From: Candidatus Cloacimonadales bacterium
Lineage (GTDB): Bacteria > Cloacimonadota > Cloacimonadia > Cloacimonadales > JAIOQZ01
Reading direction: 5' to 3'
Assembly (NCBI GenBank): GCA_963662655.2
Contig: CAXXTU010000002.1
Location: 704,001 to 768,000 of the forward strand
Length of the DNA: 64,000 bases
The notes beneath the pieces are model-generated. The model did no database searches. It had not been told where the DNA came from and saw nothing but the letters and a program-made list of their open reading frames with translations. A program made the position numbers and the translations under genes. Positions 1 to 9,755 of this stretch are shown here, piece by piece; the stretch's first letter is position 1, and each line of letters starts with the position of its first letter.

Positions 1-432
1 AGGGGCTGCGTGCTCCCTTCTCCCCGGGTGGCGCTCGATCACGTCAGCAGCTCGCCATCCCTGGCTTCGCTGCCGCGAGGGTCACCTTCTGCAATCGTAC
101 TGTCCAGCGCGCCCGACTCCCTCACCCCGCGCGTACTTCTTCCAGCGCTGGCCAGTCCCGGTCACGCCGTCGCCCTATAAGGGGCGCAGGCGTTCCCGGG
201 CTCATCGACTGGTGAATCAAAGGCGGAGCGGATCACGCCCGACCTCTCTCCGTTCGGCGGGACGAAAGCCGCGCCTCGCTTCGTAATTTCAAAACTCCGG
301 CCAACGTCCGCCGGCAAGCCTGTACCCGTTCCACGGAACCCGCTTATAACGCGATTTACGCCTACACAGAATCCGAATATCGCTTGTTTTTTTATCTATC
401 TTTGCTTATCTTCTGCCAAAAGGAGGTTAACG

Positions 433-675
433 TTGGACAAACGAAGAAAGCCACTTCCGCCGATCGAGGACGTACGCCTGATCCTTCAGGTTGGTACGTA
501 CCCGGAAAGAACACGTCGCCTTGTTGGTGAATGCATCCAGCTTTACCACAGCACGGCATATCCTCACCGCGAAATTTGTCACCGCCTCAACAAAATCGGT
601 TCAAGGACTTCTACGGGCTTGTCTTGGACACCGAACCGCCTCAAGTATTACGTCCGCGGTCTTCGAATTTCTTGA
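433..675 (+). CDS. Small DNA-binding protein resembling the 'Recombinase' (PF07508-like) helical domain
   Basis: AAGGAGG RBS before a TTG start; REICHRLNKIGSRTSTGLSWTPNRLKYYV fits the IAxxLNxxGxxTxxGxxWxxxxVxxIL pattern. Confidence 0.55.
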   Translation: MDKRRKPLPPIEDVRLILQVGTYPERTRRLVGECIQLYHSTAYPHREICHRLNKIGSRTSTGLSWTPNRLKYYVRGLRIS

Positions 676-733
676 CAATCTCTTCTTCGAGGATCCGGAA
701 TTGTACCAGGTAATCCAAAGGAGTTGTATCGTG

Positions 734-937
734 ATGTCCTTAGCACCTCTCATCGAGCGCCTGGACAATGTCGGGCGTTCAACACGCGAGTACGGCGTTT
801 TACTCGCGCACGTCGCAAACTTCGATAGTCAGGGGAGCATTCCGGATCTCATAGCCGATGAAATCGACGCAATTTCATCGAAACTGTCAGATGTGGATAA
901 CTCAATGGCCGTTAACGTCGATTCTCCAGTAACTTGA
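734..937 (+). CDS. Small acidic hypothetical protein (67 aa)
   Basis: AAGGAG at ~718-723 before GTG/ATG at 731/734; 3' part of ORF 491..937. Confidence 0.4.
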   Translation: MSLAPLIERLDNVGRSTREYGVLLAHVANFDSQGSIPDLIADEIDAISSKLSDVDNSMAVNVDSPVT

Positions 938-997
938 GGGTATTATGAGCCGGAATGTGTATAAACGCTGTGAACTGCTGTGGATAGCTGTGCATAA
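892..997. promoter_or_regulatory. Cluster of co-oriented DnaA-box-like 9-mers
   Basis: TGTGGATAA 892-900, TGTGTATAA 956-964, TGTGGATAG 979-987, TGTGCATAA 989-997 (reverse complement of TTWTNCACA). Confidence 0.55.
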
Positions 998-1074
998 ATC
1001 TTGCCAAAAAAGGATTCGTGTCAAGTTAAATGCAATGATTTACGGCTTTAAATCCAAATTTGCATAAAAAAGCG

Positions 1075-1590
1075 CTATTGATAGAAGCTCATTCGGAACG
1101 AGTAGCTCATCTTTCCAACAACGTCCAGGTGCCATGATTTTACGATTTCCTTCACTTCGGAAACAAATGAATCCGTGAATTGGGCGTCCGAGTCCTTCTC
1201 GATATCAGCCGATTCGACATCACCATTATCCGCGAAAACAACCGTGATCTTCAGGCTTCCCTGCATGGGAACCACTTGGGAGCGCGACTTGTATAGCCTC
1301 TGTATCCTCGGCTTGAGCGCTTGGATGTATCTCGGGAGGTCGTCCTTGGTGATGATCCCAGTCTTTCGGACTTCGGTCGCGCTTCTTGCGGGCTTTGCCT
1401 TGGCTTGCTGCTTCTGCTTTGACGCGTTTACGTTGGCTGGCCTGTCGATATGCTTCACAACCGCCTTCTGCTCGGTCTTGACAATCGTCGTATCAGCGGA
1501 GGATGCGTTTGATTCTTTCACATTCTTCTTGCAGCTGGTGATCATAAGGGCTATTATCAATCCGAGAAACAATATATTGAGGTATTTCAT
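1075..1590 (-). CDS. Lipoprotein with C-terminal TonB-C/AgmX-PglI-like domain
   Basis: Lipobox ITSC, low-complexity linker, then IQRLY...MQGSLKITVVFADNGDVESA. Confidence 0.6.
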   Translation of the reverse strand: MKYLNILFLGLIIALMITSCKKNVKESNASSADTTIVKTEQKAVVKHIDRPANVNASKQKQQAKAKPARSATEVRKTGIITKDDLPRYIQALKPRIQRLYKSRSQVVPMQGSLKITVVFADNGDVESADIEKDSDAQFTDSFVSEVKEIVKSWHLDVVGKMSYSFRMSFYQ

Positions 1591-1645
1591 GCTTACTCCG
1601 TATATATTAATATGAACAAATATGGATGATGTGCTTTACAAGGCT

Positions 1646-2731
1646 CTACTGGGCCAAAAAGATTTTCACGATTCTCGATGCTGTCTTACCATCCCATTTT
1701 TCGGGTACCGAGCCCTCCTTGGCTTGACCATCCATTATTTTCTCGATCTCGTCGATAATTTTCCGTTCATCGAGTGGTACGAGCTGATTTGTCCCTTGCT
1801 TAATCGTGATTGGACGCTCCGTGTTCTCGCGGACAGTCAGGCATGGAATCCCGAACACCGTCGATTCCTCCTGCAACCCGCCCGAATCGGTAATAAGGAG
1901 CTTTGATTGGGTCTGGAGCTTCATGAAGTCGAGATATCCCAGAGGAGGCAGCATCATGGTGCATTGCTGGAAATCCTTTAGCAGATTGTATCTCTCCATG
2001 TTATTCTTCGTTCGTGGATGAATGGGGAACACGATCTTCAGCTTGTCCGAGGCATCGCGGAAGATGTTAAGCAGTTTTTTCAGATTCTCCTCGCTATCTA
2101 CGTTGGAGGGACGATGCAGCGTAACCAGGATGTATCTCTTAGGATCGAGCTTCAGCTCTCGCAGGATGTTTGATTTTTCGAATTTCGACCTGTGGTTCCG
2201 AAGCGAATCGATCATAATGTTGCCAACAAATCGAATTTTTTCTGACGGAACGCCCTCACGCATGAGGTTTTCGTTCGCGTCCAGTGATGGCGTCAGCAGC
2301 AAGTCGCTGACCGTGTCCGTGACCAGGCGATTGATTTCCTCCGGCATGCGGCGGTCTCCGCTGCGTAAGCCAGCCTCGAGGTGAGCGACCTTGACATGCA
2401 GCTTCACACCTACGATCGCACATGCAGCCGTCGAGTTCACGTCTCCGGCAACGATGATCCAGTCGGGGCGATCTCGCAACACTACCTCTTCGTATGCCAC
2501 CATGATGCGCGCGGTCTGCACAGCGTGAGATGCGCTGCCGACATCGAGGAAATCATCGGGAACCGGCATGCCGAGATCGTCGAAGAAGAACTTGCTCATT
2601 CTTTCATCGTAGTGTTGACCCGTGTGGATCAGTTTGACCTCGAAGCGATCAGGGCGCTTCTTGAACTCGTCGTACAGGGGAGCCATCTTCATGAAATTCG
2701 GGCGCGCCCCCACGATTAGGTGTATCTTCAT
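1646..2731 (-). CDS. wecB: UDP-N-acetylglucosamine 2-epimerase (non-hydrolysing)
   Basis: GARPNFMK, HTGQHYD, HLEAGLRS, PEEINR, TDSGGLQEE motifs. Confidence 0.95.
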   Translation of the reverse strand: MKIHLIVGARPNFMKMAPLYDEFKKRPDRFEVKLIHTGQHYDERMSKFFFDDLGMPVPDDFLDVGSASHAVQTARIMVAYEEVVLRDRPDWIIVAGDVNSTAACAIVGVKLHVKVAHLEAGLRSGDRRMPEEINRLVTDTVSDLLLTPSLDANENLMREGVPSEKIRFVGNIMIDSLRNHRSKFEKSNILRELKLDPKRYILVTLHRPSNVDSEENLKKLLNIFRDASDKLKIVFPIHPRTKNNMERYNLLKDFQQCTMMLPPLGYLDFMKLQTQSKLLITDSGGLQEESTVFGIPCLTVRENTERPITIKQGTNQLVPLDERKIIDEIEKIMDGQAKEGSVPEKWDGKTASRIVKIFLAQ

Positions 2732-2819
2732 TACGTTCTCCGTTATCGAGTGAATACAATGACGTCATGTCAGCCATGTATTGCTGCCGGAAGCCGGTTC
2801 TGTGTCAAGCGTAAAAGAC

Positions 2820-5774
2820 TTACTGGCGGATAACCACCACTGTGAGCGGCTCCAGGATCATCTTGTTTTTCGATACGACCTCGAATCCGGTCGGATCGTA
2901 GATCGGATCGGTTCCGGCCTTGTCGTGGTCCACGATCACTTCGCCCTTGGTGAGATCGACGTTCGAAACGAATTCCCGTTTGCGGCTGTCGCAGTTCACG
3001 ATCACGTGATACTGCGTACCGTCGGTTGCCTTGCATGTATAAGCGATCAGCAGGTCGTTCGGCTTGATGCTGCTGCTCTGGATGCGCTTCACGTTGCGGG
3101 ATACGAGGTCGGCCGAACCAAGACGGAAAGCGTCTGTGGAGCGGCGGAGCTCGATCAGGCCGCGCGTGTATTTCATGGTCAATTGTTGCATGCACGGTTT
3201 TTCAACCTTATCCCAGTCGATGCGGTTGATGATATCCGACGAATCGTAGGAATCGTGAATGAACCAGGGGTGATGGAATCCCGAGACCATGGTGCCCTTG
3301 TCCTGCGGTTTTCCGTCCGCGAGCCACTGCTTGGTTCTTCCGTATTCCTGACCCGCGTGCAGGAAGGCGATCCCCTGGCTGGTGAGAACGAGCGCGTTCC
3401 CGAGCCTGATACGCTGCTGGATATTGTATTCGTTCTGCAGGATTGCCGGGTCTTTCTTTATAGATTGCGCGATCACGTCGTGCAGGGTGAGGTTATCGTG
3501 CGCGGCGATGTATTGAACCACGTCGCCCGGGTCATCCGCCTTGGAATTGCCCGGCCTGCCGATGAGGTTGTTGAAGATCACCTTGATGCTTCGGGCTCCC
3601 CCTGTGATGAAGCGAGGCTGGCCTTCGCTACCGAAACCGGACTTCAGTTCGTTACGCAGTTCGTCCGAGAAACATGCCGCCGCGTCCGAATGGCTCATCC
3701 AGTCCTGGTCCGCAGGAACGCGATGGTCGCCGTCGTCGCCAACGTACGTTCGCCAGCCTTCACCAACGAATACCATGTTCGGATTCAAAGCGGATGCCTG
3801 ATCGAAAGCCATCTGAACGGTCTCGGCGTCCAGGTCTCCCATCAGATCGAACCGGAAGCCGTCCACCTTGTACTCTTTCACCCAGTAGACAATTGAATCG
3901 ATCACGAGCTTGCGTGTCATGGCGTGGGTGGTTCCCAGGCGTCCTCCGCCGTAGCTCGATTTGGGGTTGCCGGACGCGTCCATGAAGTGGTAGTAGCCGG
4001 GGACAATGTCCTCGAAGATGGAGATTTTCGCGGTATGGTTGTATACGCAATCGAGGATCACGCCCATGCCGCGCTGGTGAATCGCGTCGATGAGTTCCTT
4101 CAACTCCGTGATGCGCGATTCGGGGTTGTCTGGATGCAAGGAGTACATCCCCTCTGGCGTGAAATAGTTATGAGGATCGTAGCCCCAGTTGTAGTTGTTG
4201 CCTTGCGATGAGTACTCGAGCTCGCGCACGCCGTTCTTCATCTCGTTGCCGAAATAGTAGTTCATGACAGGCAAGAGCTGAATATGGGTGACGCCCAAGT
4301 CCTTCACGTAGTCGAGCTTCTCGATCATCGCCTTGTAGGTTCCGAACTGCGCTTGCGTCTGGATATCCGGGTCGGAAGTGAAATCCCGCACGTGGATTTC
4401 CCAGATGATCGCGTCTTCGCGCTTTGTGTATCCGGGAATCGAGGCATAGGTAAGTTCCGGGCCGATGATTGCAGGGTCCACAACGGCCGCTTTTCCTACG
4501 GGATCGGAGCCGTCGTTGGCGGCCATCGATTTTGCGTACGGATCGAGAACGGTCTTTGTTTCACCGTTGTTGGTTACGTCGAAGGAATAGTATTGATTGC
4601 GAAGGTCGCCCGGCACAATTCCCTGCCAGACGCCGCTTTTCGTGAGTCCCAATTCGATGCTCTGTGTCGGCTTGGTGTCGTTGCCCTTGTTGAACAGATT
4701 GAGCAAGACCTTTGATGCGAGCGGCGCCCAGAGCTTGAAGGTCGTCTTCTGCGGCGTGTAGAAGCAGCCGAGTTCGCCTTCGTAGGCGTAAACGCCGTCG
4801 ATGCTCTGCCATGACACGGAGGTCGCGGCTTCCATATCGCCGCTTCGGATGAGATAGGAACCTGCAACGCTCAGCGAGGCATTTGTCGTGACGATGCAAA
4901 CGTTCTCCTCCGGCCACTCGGTCTTGACGATCGCCAGTGAACGATCGTCCTCGAAAACCTGAACCGGCTGGTCGTTCTTCATGCGGAACTCGACGCGGAT
5001 TTCGTTGTCCCCGGCGAGGGTCGCTTTGATTATTTTGTTTCCCATATTCTTCTTAGCTTCCTCGAAGTTGGTATAAGCTGTCGCGTCTTCCGTGACGCAC
5101 CATATTTCCCTGTTGCGCACCGGACTTGGGTAATAACGGTCACCATCGGGATCTTTCTGATCTCCTTTGTGGATGATGAATTTTATGTTACCTGCGCCTC
5201 TGAAGGGGATATCCCAGTAAACGCCGTACTGCGATGTTCCCGATGGGGAAAGAGGTTGATTCCAGTCAACCGTTTTGCCGCCAAAGCCGGTGCCCCAGGC
5301 GTGAAGTCCCCAGCCGGCATAGTCATTGTCGAATCGGAAGTAGTTAAGCTTCAGGGTTCCGGGAACGAGGTCCGCTGACGAGATTGCTCCGATGAAATTT
5401 TCTTCGGCTTCCTGCCGCGATAGATAAGCCATCGGATCGTCCGTTACGGTCCAAATTTCCTTGTTCAAGGCAGGGGAGGGGTAGGTGCGGTCACCATCGG
5501 GGTCTTTCTGATCGCCCTTATGGATGATGAACTGGATGCCGCCGGTTCCCTTGTAGGGGATTTCCCAGAAAACGCCGTAATCGGTGGTGCCGGCAGGCTG
5601 GAGCGGTTTTCCCCAGTCGATCGCCGTTCCATCGAAGCCATCGCCCCAAGCGTGCAGGCCCCATCCGCTATAATTGGCGTCGTCGCGATGGTAGTTCAGC
5701 TTCAGCATTTCCGCCGCGAACAGATTGACGGATAGCAGAAATATAATAGCGTAAAGCAACCAATGTTTTCTCAT
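2820..5774 (-). CDS. pulA: Secreted type I pullulanase (GH13) with two N-terminal CBM41-like repeats
   Basis: YNWGYDP, DCVYNH, GFRFDLM, GEGW, AHDN; duplicated GWGLHAWG...FIIHKGDQKDPDGDR module; signal peptide; GGAAAGGAG RBS before ATG 5774. Confidence 0.9.
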   Translation of the reverse strand: MRKHWLLYAIIFLLSVNLFAAEMLKLNYHRDDANYSGWGLHAWGDGFDGTAIDWGKPLQPAGTTDYGVFWEIPYKGTGGIQFIIHKGDQKDPDGDRTYPSPALNKEIWTVTDDPMAYLSRQEAEENFIGAISSADLVPGTLKLNYFRFDNDYAGWGLHAWGTGFGGKTVDWNQPLSPSGTSQYGVYWDIPFRGAGNIKFIIHKGDQKDPDGDRYYPSPVRNREIWCVTEDATAYTNFEEAKKNMGNKIIKATLAGDNEIRVEFRMKNDQPVQVFEDDRSLAIVKTEWPEENVCIVTTNASLSVAGSYLIRSGDMEAATSVSWQSIDGVYAYEGELGCFYTPQKTTFKLWAPLASKVLLNLFNKGNDTKPTQSIELGLTKSGVWQGIVPGDLRNQYYSFDVTNNGETKTVLDPYAKSMAANDGSDPVGKAAVVDPAIIGPELTYASIPGYTKREDAIIWEIHVRDFTSDPDIQTQAQFGTYKAMIEKLDYVKDLGVTHIQLLPVMNYYFGNEMKNGVRELEYSSQGNNYNWGYDPHNYFTPEGMYSLHPDNPESRITELKELIDAIHQRGMGVILDCVYNHTAKISIFEDIVPGYYHFMDASGNPKSSYGGGRLGTTHAMTRKLVIDSIVYWVKEYKVDGFRFDLMGDLDAETVQMAFDQASALNPNMVFVGEGWRTYVGDDGDHRVPADQDWMSHSDAAACFSDELRNELKSGFGSEGQPRFITGGARSIKVIFNNLIGRPGNSKADDPGDVVQYIAAHDNLTLHDVIAQSIKKDPAILQNEYNIQQRIRLGNALVLTSQGIAFLHAGQEYGRTKQWLADGKPQDKGTMVSGFHHPWFIHDSYDSSDIINRIDWDKVEKPCMQQLTMKYTRGLIELRRSTDAFRLGSADLVSRNVKRIQSSSIKPNDLLIAYTCKATDGTQYHVIVNCDSRKREFVSNVDLTKGEVIVDHDKAGTDPIYDPTGFEVVSKNKMILEPLTVVVIRQ

Positions 5775-5827
5775 ATCGTAACTCCTTTCCGTATTAAAAG
5801 AAACGGAATAGTTTTTCAAGTAATTTA

Positions 5828-7111
5828 TTAACTCTTTGGCGAGTCGCTATCAGCTTTTTCTCTCAAGTATTTTTCTATGATATCGATTTCCTGTTCTCGT
5901 GTGGAAACGCCGTCATCGATCCTCTTCATATAGAGAAGGTCGAGCAAGTAACCGAGGTCGGGGCCCAGCTCCACGCCAAGATCGAGGAGATCGCCGCCGT
6001 TGAGAATGATCTGATTGTCCCGATGGGTTTGAATGTAGTCAAGAATAACCTTCTTATTCAGCTTGCTTTGCAGGAACCACAGCGCTTCCGGTATAAGCGA
6101 GCGCATGACGAGCGCAGCCTGGCCGTCTGTCATACGCGCCCATGTTGTTTCTGAAAGAAGACTTAGATTCTCAAGCTTGCGCGCGGTTCTGGCGTATATC
6201 CCAGGCATGCGGAGCTTCCCGGAGATTCTGTCCCGGGCATGTTCCGGCAGGTGAGCGGTCAATGCCAGAAGGTAAACGAGCCAGCTCTTCCACCTGTGCT
6301 TGGGGAATTCATTTCTGAAGGGACTTCTGAATGCCTGGACATTCTCGATGACCTTTACAATGTCATCGCTCAGGACAAGATCACGGTCAATGTGTTTGAG
6401 GATTTCAAATCTATCGAGCAATCGGAAGAATAATTCCGGCTCATCTTCCATGCTTCCCTTTTCCAGCTCTTGAAAGATGCGCTCGCCCGAGACCGTATTC
6501 AGGGCGTTGTCGTTCACGGCGTGGCGAAGGTATTGGAGTGTTTTGCTATCGATATCGAAGCTGAAACGGGTTGCGAAGCGGACGCAGCGGAGTACGCGCG
6601 TCGGGTCGTCGATGAAGCTTTTTTCGTGCAGGAAGCGGATGATGCCGTTCTGGAGGTCGAACATCCCCTCGAAGGGATCGTACAGCCTGCCGAAATCCTC
6701 CGCGTTCAGAGACATCGCCATCGCGTTGATGGTGAAATCGCGACGGCGGAGGTCGCTGCGGAGGTCGGAGTTGGTTACCACCGGCAAAGCGCCGGGGACT
6801 GGGTAGCCTTCCACACGGGCGGTGGTTACGTCGACGTGGACTTGTTCGGGAGTGATCATCGTGGCGGTGCCGAAGCGTGGGAAGCAGTAGTATGCTCCGC
6901 CATTCTCGTTCACGAAACGTCGCGTGAAGGTAATGCCGTTGCCTTCGATGGTGATATCGATGTCCGAAAGCTCTCGTTCGAGGATCAGGTCGCGCACAAT
7001 CCCTCCGACCGCGAATGTTCGCACATCGAGGCTTGCGCCGTGCGCGCCGATTTTCTCCAGCAATTCCAGCGTTGCTTTCGGGATGAGGTCCGTCAGGTAT
7101 CCATTATGCAT
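5828..7111 (-). CDS. tRNA nucleotidyltransferase / poly(A) polymerase family (class II)
   Basis: VGGIVRD, DIDI, DLRRRDFTINAMA, SFIDDPTR motifs. Confidence 0.9.
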   Translation of the reverse strand: MHNGYLTDLIPKATLELLEKIGAHGASLDVRTFAVGGIVRDLILERELSDIDITIEGNGITFTRRFVNENGGAYYCFPRFGTATMITPEQVHVDVTTARVEGYPVPGALPVVTNSDLRSDLRRRDFTINAMAMSLNAEDFGRLYDPFEGMFDLQNGIIRFLHEKSFIDDPTRVLRCVRFATRFSFDIDSKTLQYLRHAVNDNALNTVSGERIFQELEKGSMEDEPELFFRLLDRFEILKHIDRDLVLSDDIVKVIENVQAFRSPFRNEFPKHRWKSWLVYLLALTAHLPEHARDRISGKLRMPGIYARTARKLENLSLLSETTWARMTDGQAALVMRSLIPEALWFLQSKLNKKVILDYIQTHRDNQIILNGGDLLDLGVELGPDLGYLLDLLYMKRIDDGVSTREQEIDIIEKYLREKADSDSPKS

Positions 7112-7901
7112 AATAAAGCATCTTCTCAAGTATTTCGAGAGCGTTCCACCTCAATGTCTTGTGCAGGTTTTCTTCCGCGTGCAGCCGCACGATTCGATTC
7201 ATCGTGCGGAAAATATTCGCGGGTATTTCTATCTCGTCAAGGTAATTACCGATGATCGGGATCTTTTCGATTAATTGGCCGGTTGGGACATCGATGTCGA
7301 TCAGGTATCCCTCCATCGCCGGTTTGTAGCACGATCCGCAAATCATTCCGTGCAAGCGGGGATAGTAAGCCACCAGATGGTTTCCGGTCTGCTCGCACAT
7401 GGCGCAGGAGGAGAAATCGAGCGGAACGCCCATCAGCCGGAACACGGCCAGGATGAATCGCCAGTATATCGCGATAACGTTCCTGTTGCACTCCGGGACG
7501 TAGTTGAGGTAATCGAGGAGCAGGCTGTAAAAAATCTCGTGATCGTCCTCCTCAATCATCATCTGCATGATCAATTCGAACGCGGCCTGAATGACGACGT
7601 TCGCGTAGGGGTCGCCATGAAAATTCCTGATGAAGCTCCCCGAGCGGTAGTACCACCACTTCGATTCACCGGTCTTGTACAGCGTCAATTCGAGCTGGTT
7701 GCCGGGCTCGATCAGTCCGGTGTTCTTGTTGTTCTCTTTCTTGATTCCCTGCGCGATTACGGGGATGATACCCAGGTTTTGCGAAAGGACATCCAGCATG
7801 ACACTCGACTCCTTGAGCGGTCTGCGAAACAGAATCACGCCTTCAGTCACGTACAGCCGTTGCCTGTCGTCCTTCTTCGTCCACGCGCTCGATTGTGTCA
7901 T
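7104..7901 (-). CDS. recO: DNA repair protein RecO
   Basis: N-terminal OB fold (TEGVILFRRPLKESS) and CxxC...CxxC zinc finger. Confidence 0.85.
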   Translation of the reverse strand: MTQSSAWTKKDDRQRLYVTEGVILFRRPLKESSVMLDVLSQNLGIIPVIAQGIKKENNKNTGLIEPGNQLELTLYKTGESKWWYYRSGSFIRNFHGDPYANVVIQAAFELIMQMMIEEDDHEIFYSLLLDYLNYVPECNRNVIAIYWRFILAVFRLMGVPLDFSSCAMCEQTGNHLVAYYPRLHGMICGSCYKPAMEGYLIDIDVPTGQLIEKIPIIGNYLDEIEIPANIFRTMNRIVRLHAEENLHKTLRWNALEILEKMLYYA

Positions 7902-7914
7902 GATATCTCTTTAT

Positions 7915-9753
<1,839 letters not shown>

Positions 9754-9755
9754 AG

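Larger units (their letters stand above)
1..1067. mobile_element. Possible end of an integrated mobile element (phage/plasmid-like), truncated by the window start
   Basis: GC-rich hairpin-dense non-coding 1-400, then small + strand ORFs with strong RBSs (one recombinase DNA-binding-like) and a DnaA-box cluster; converges on the minus-strand housekeeping block. Confidence 0.4.
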
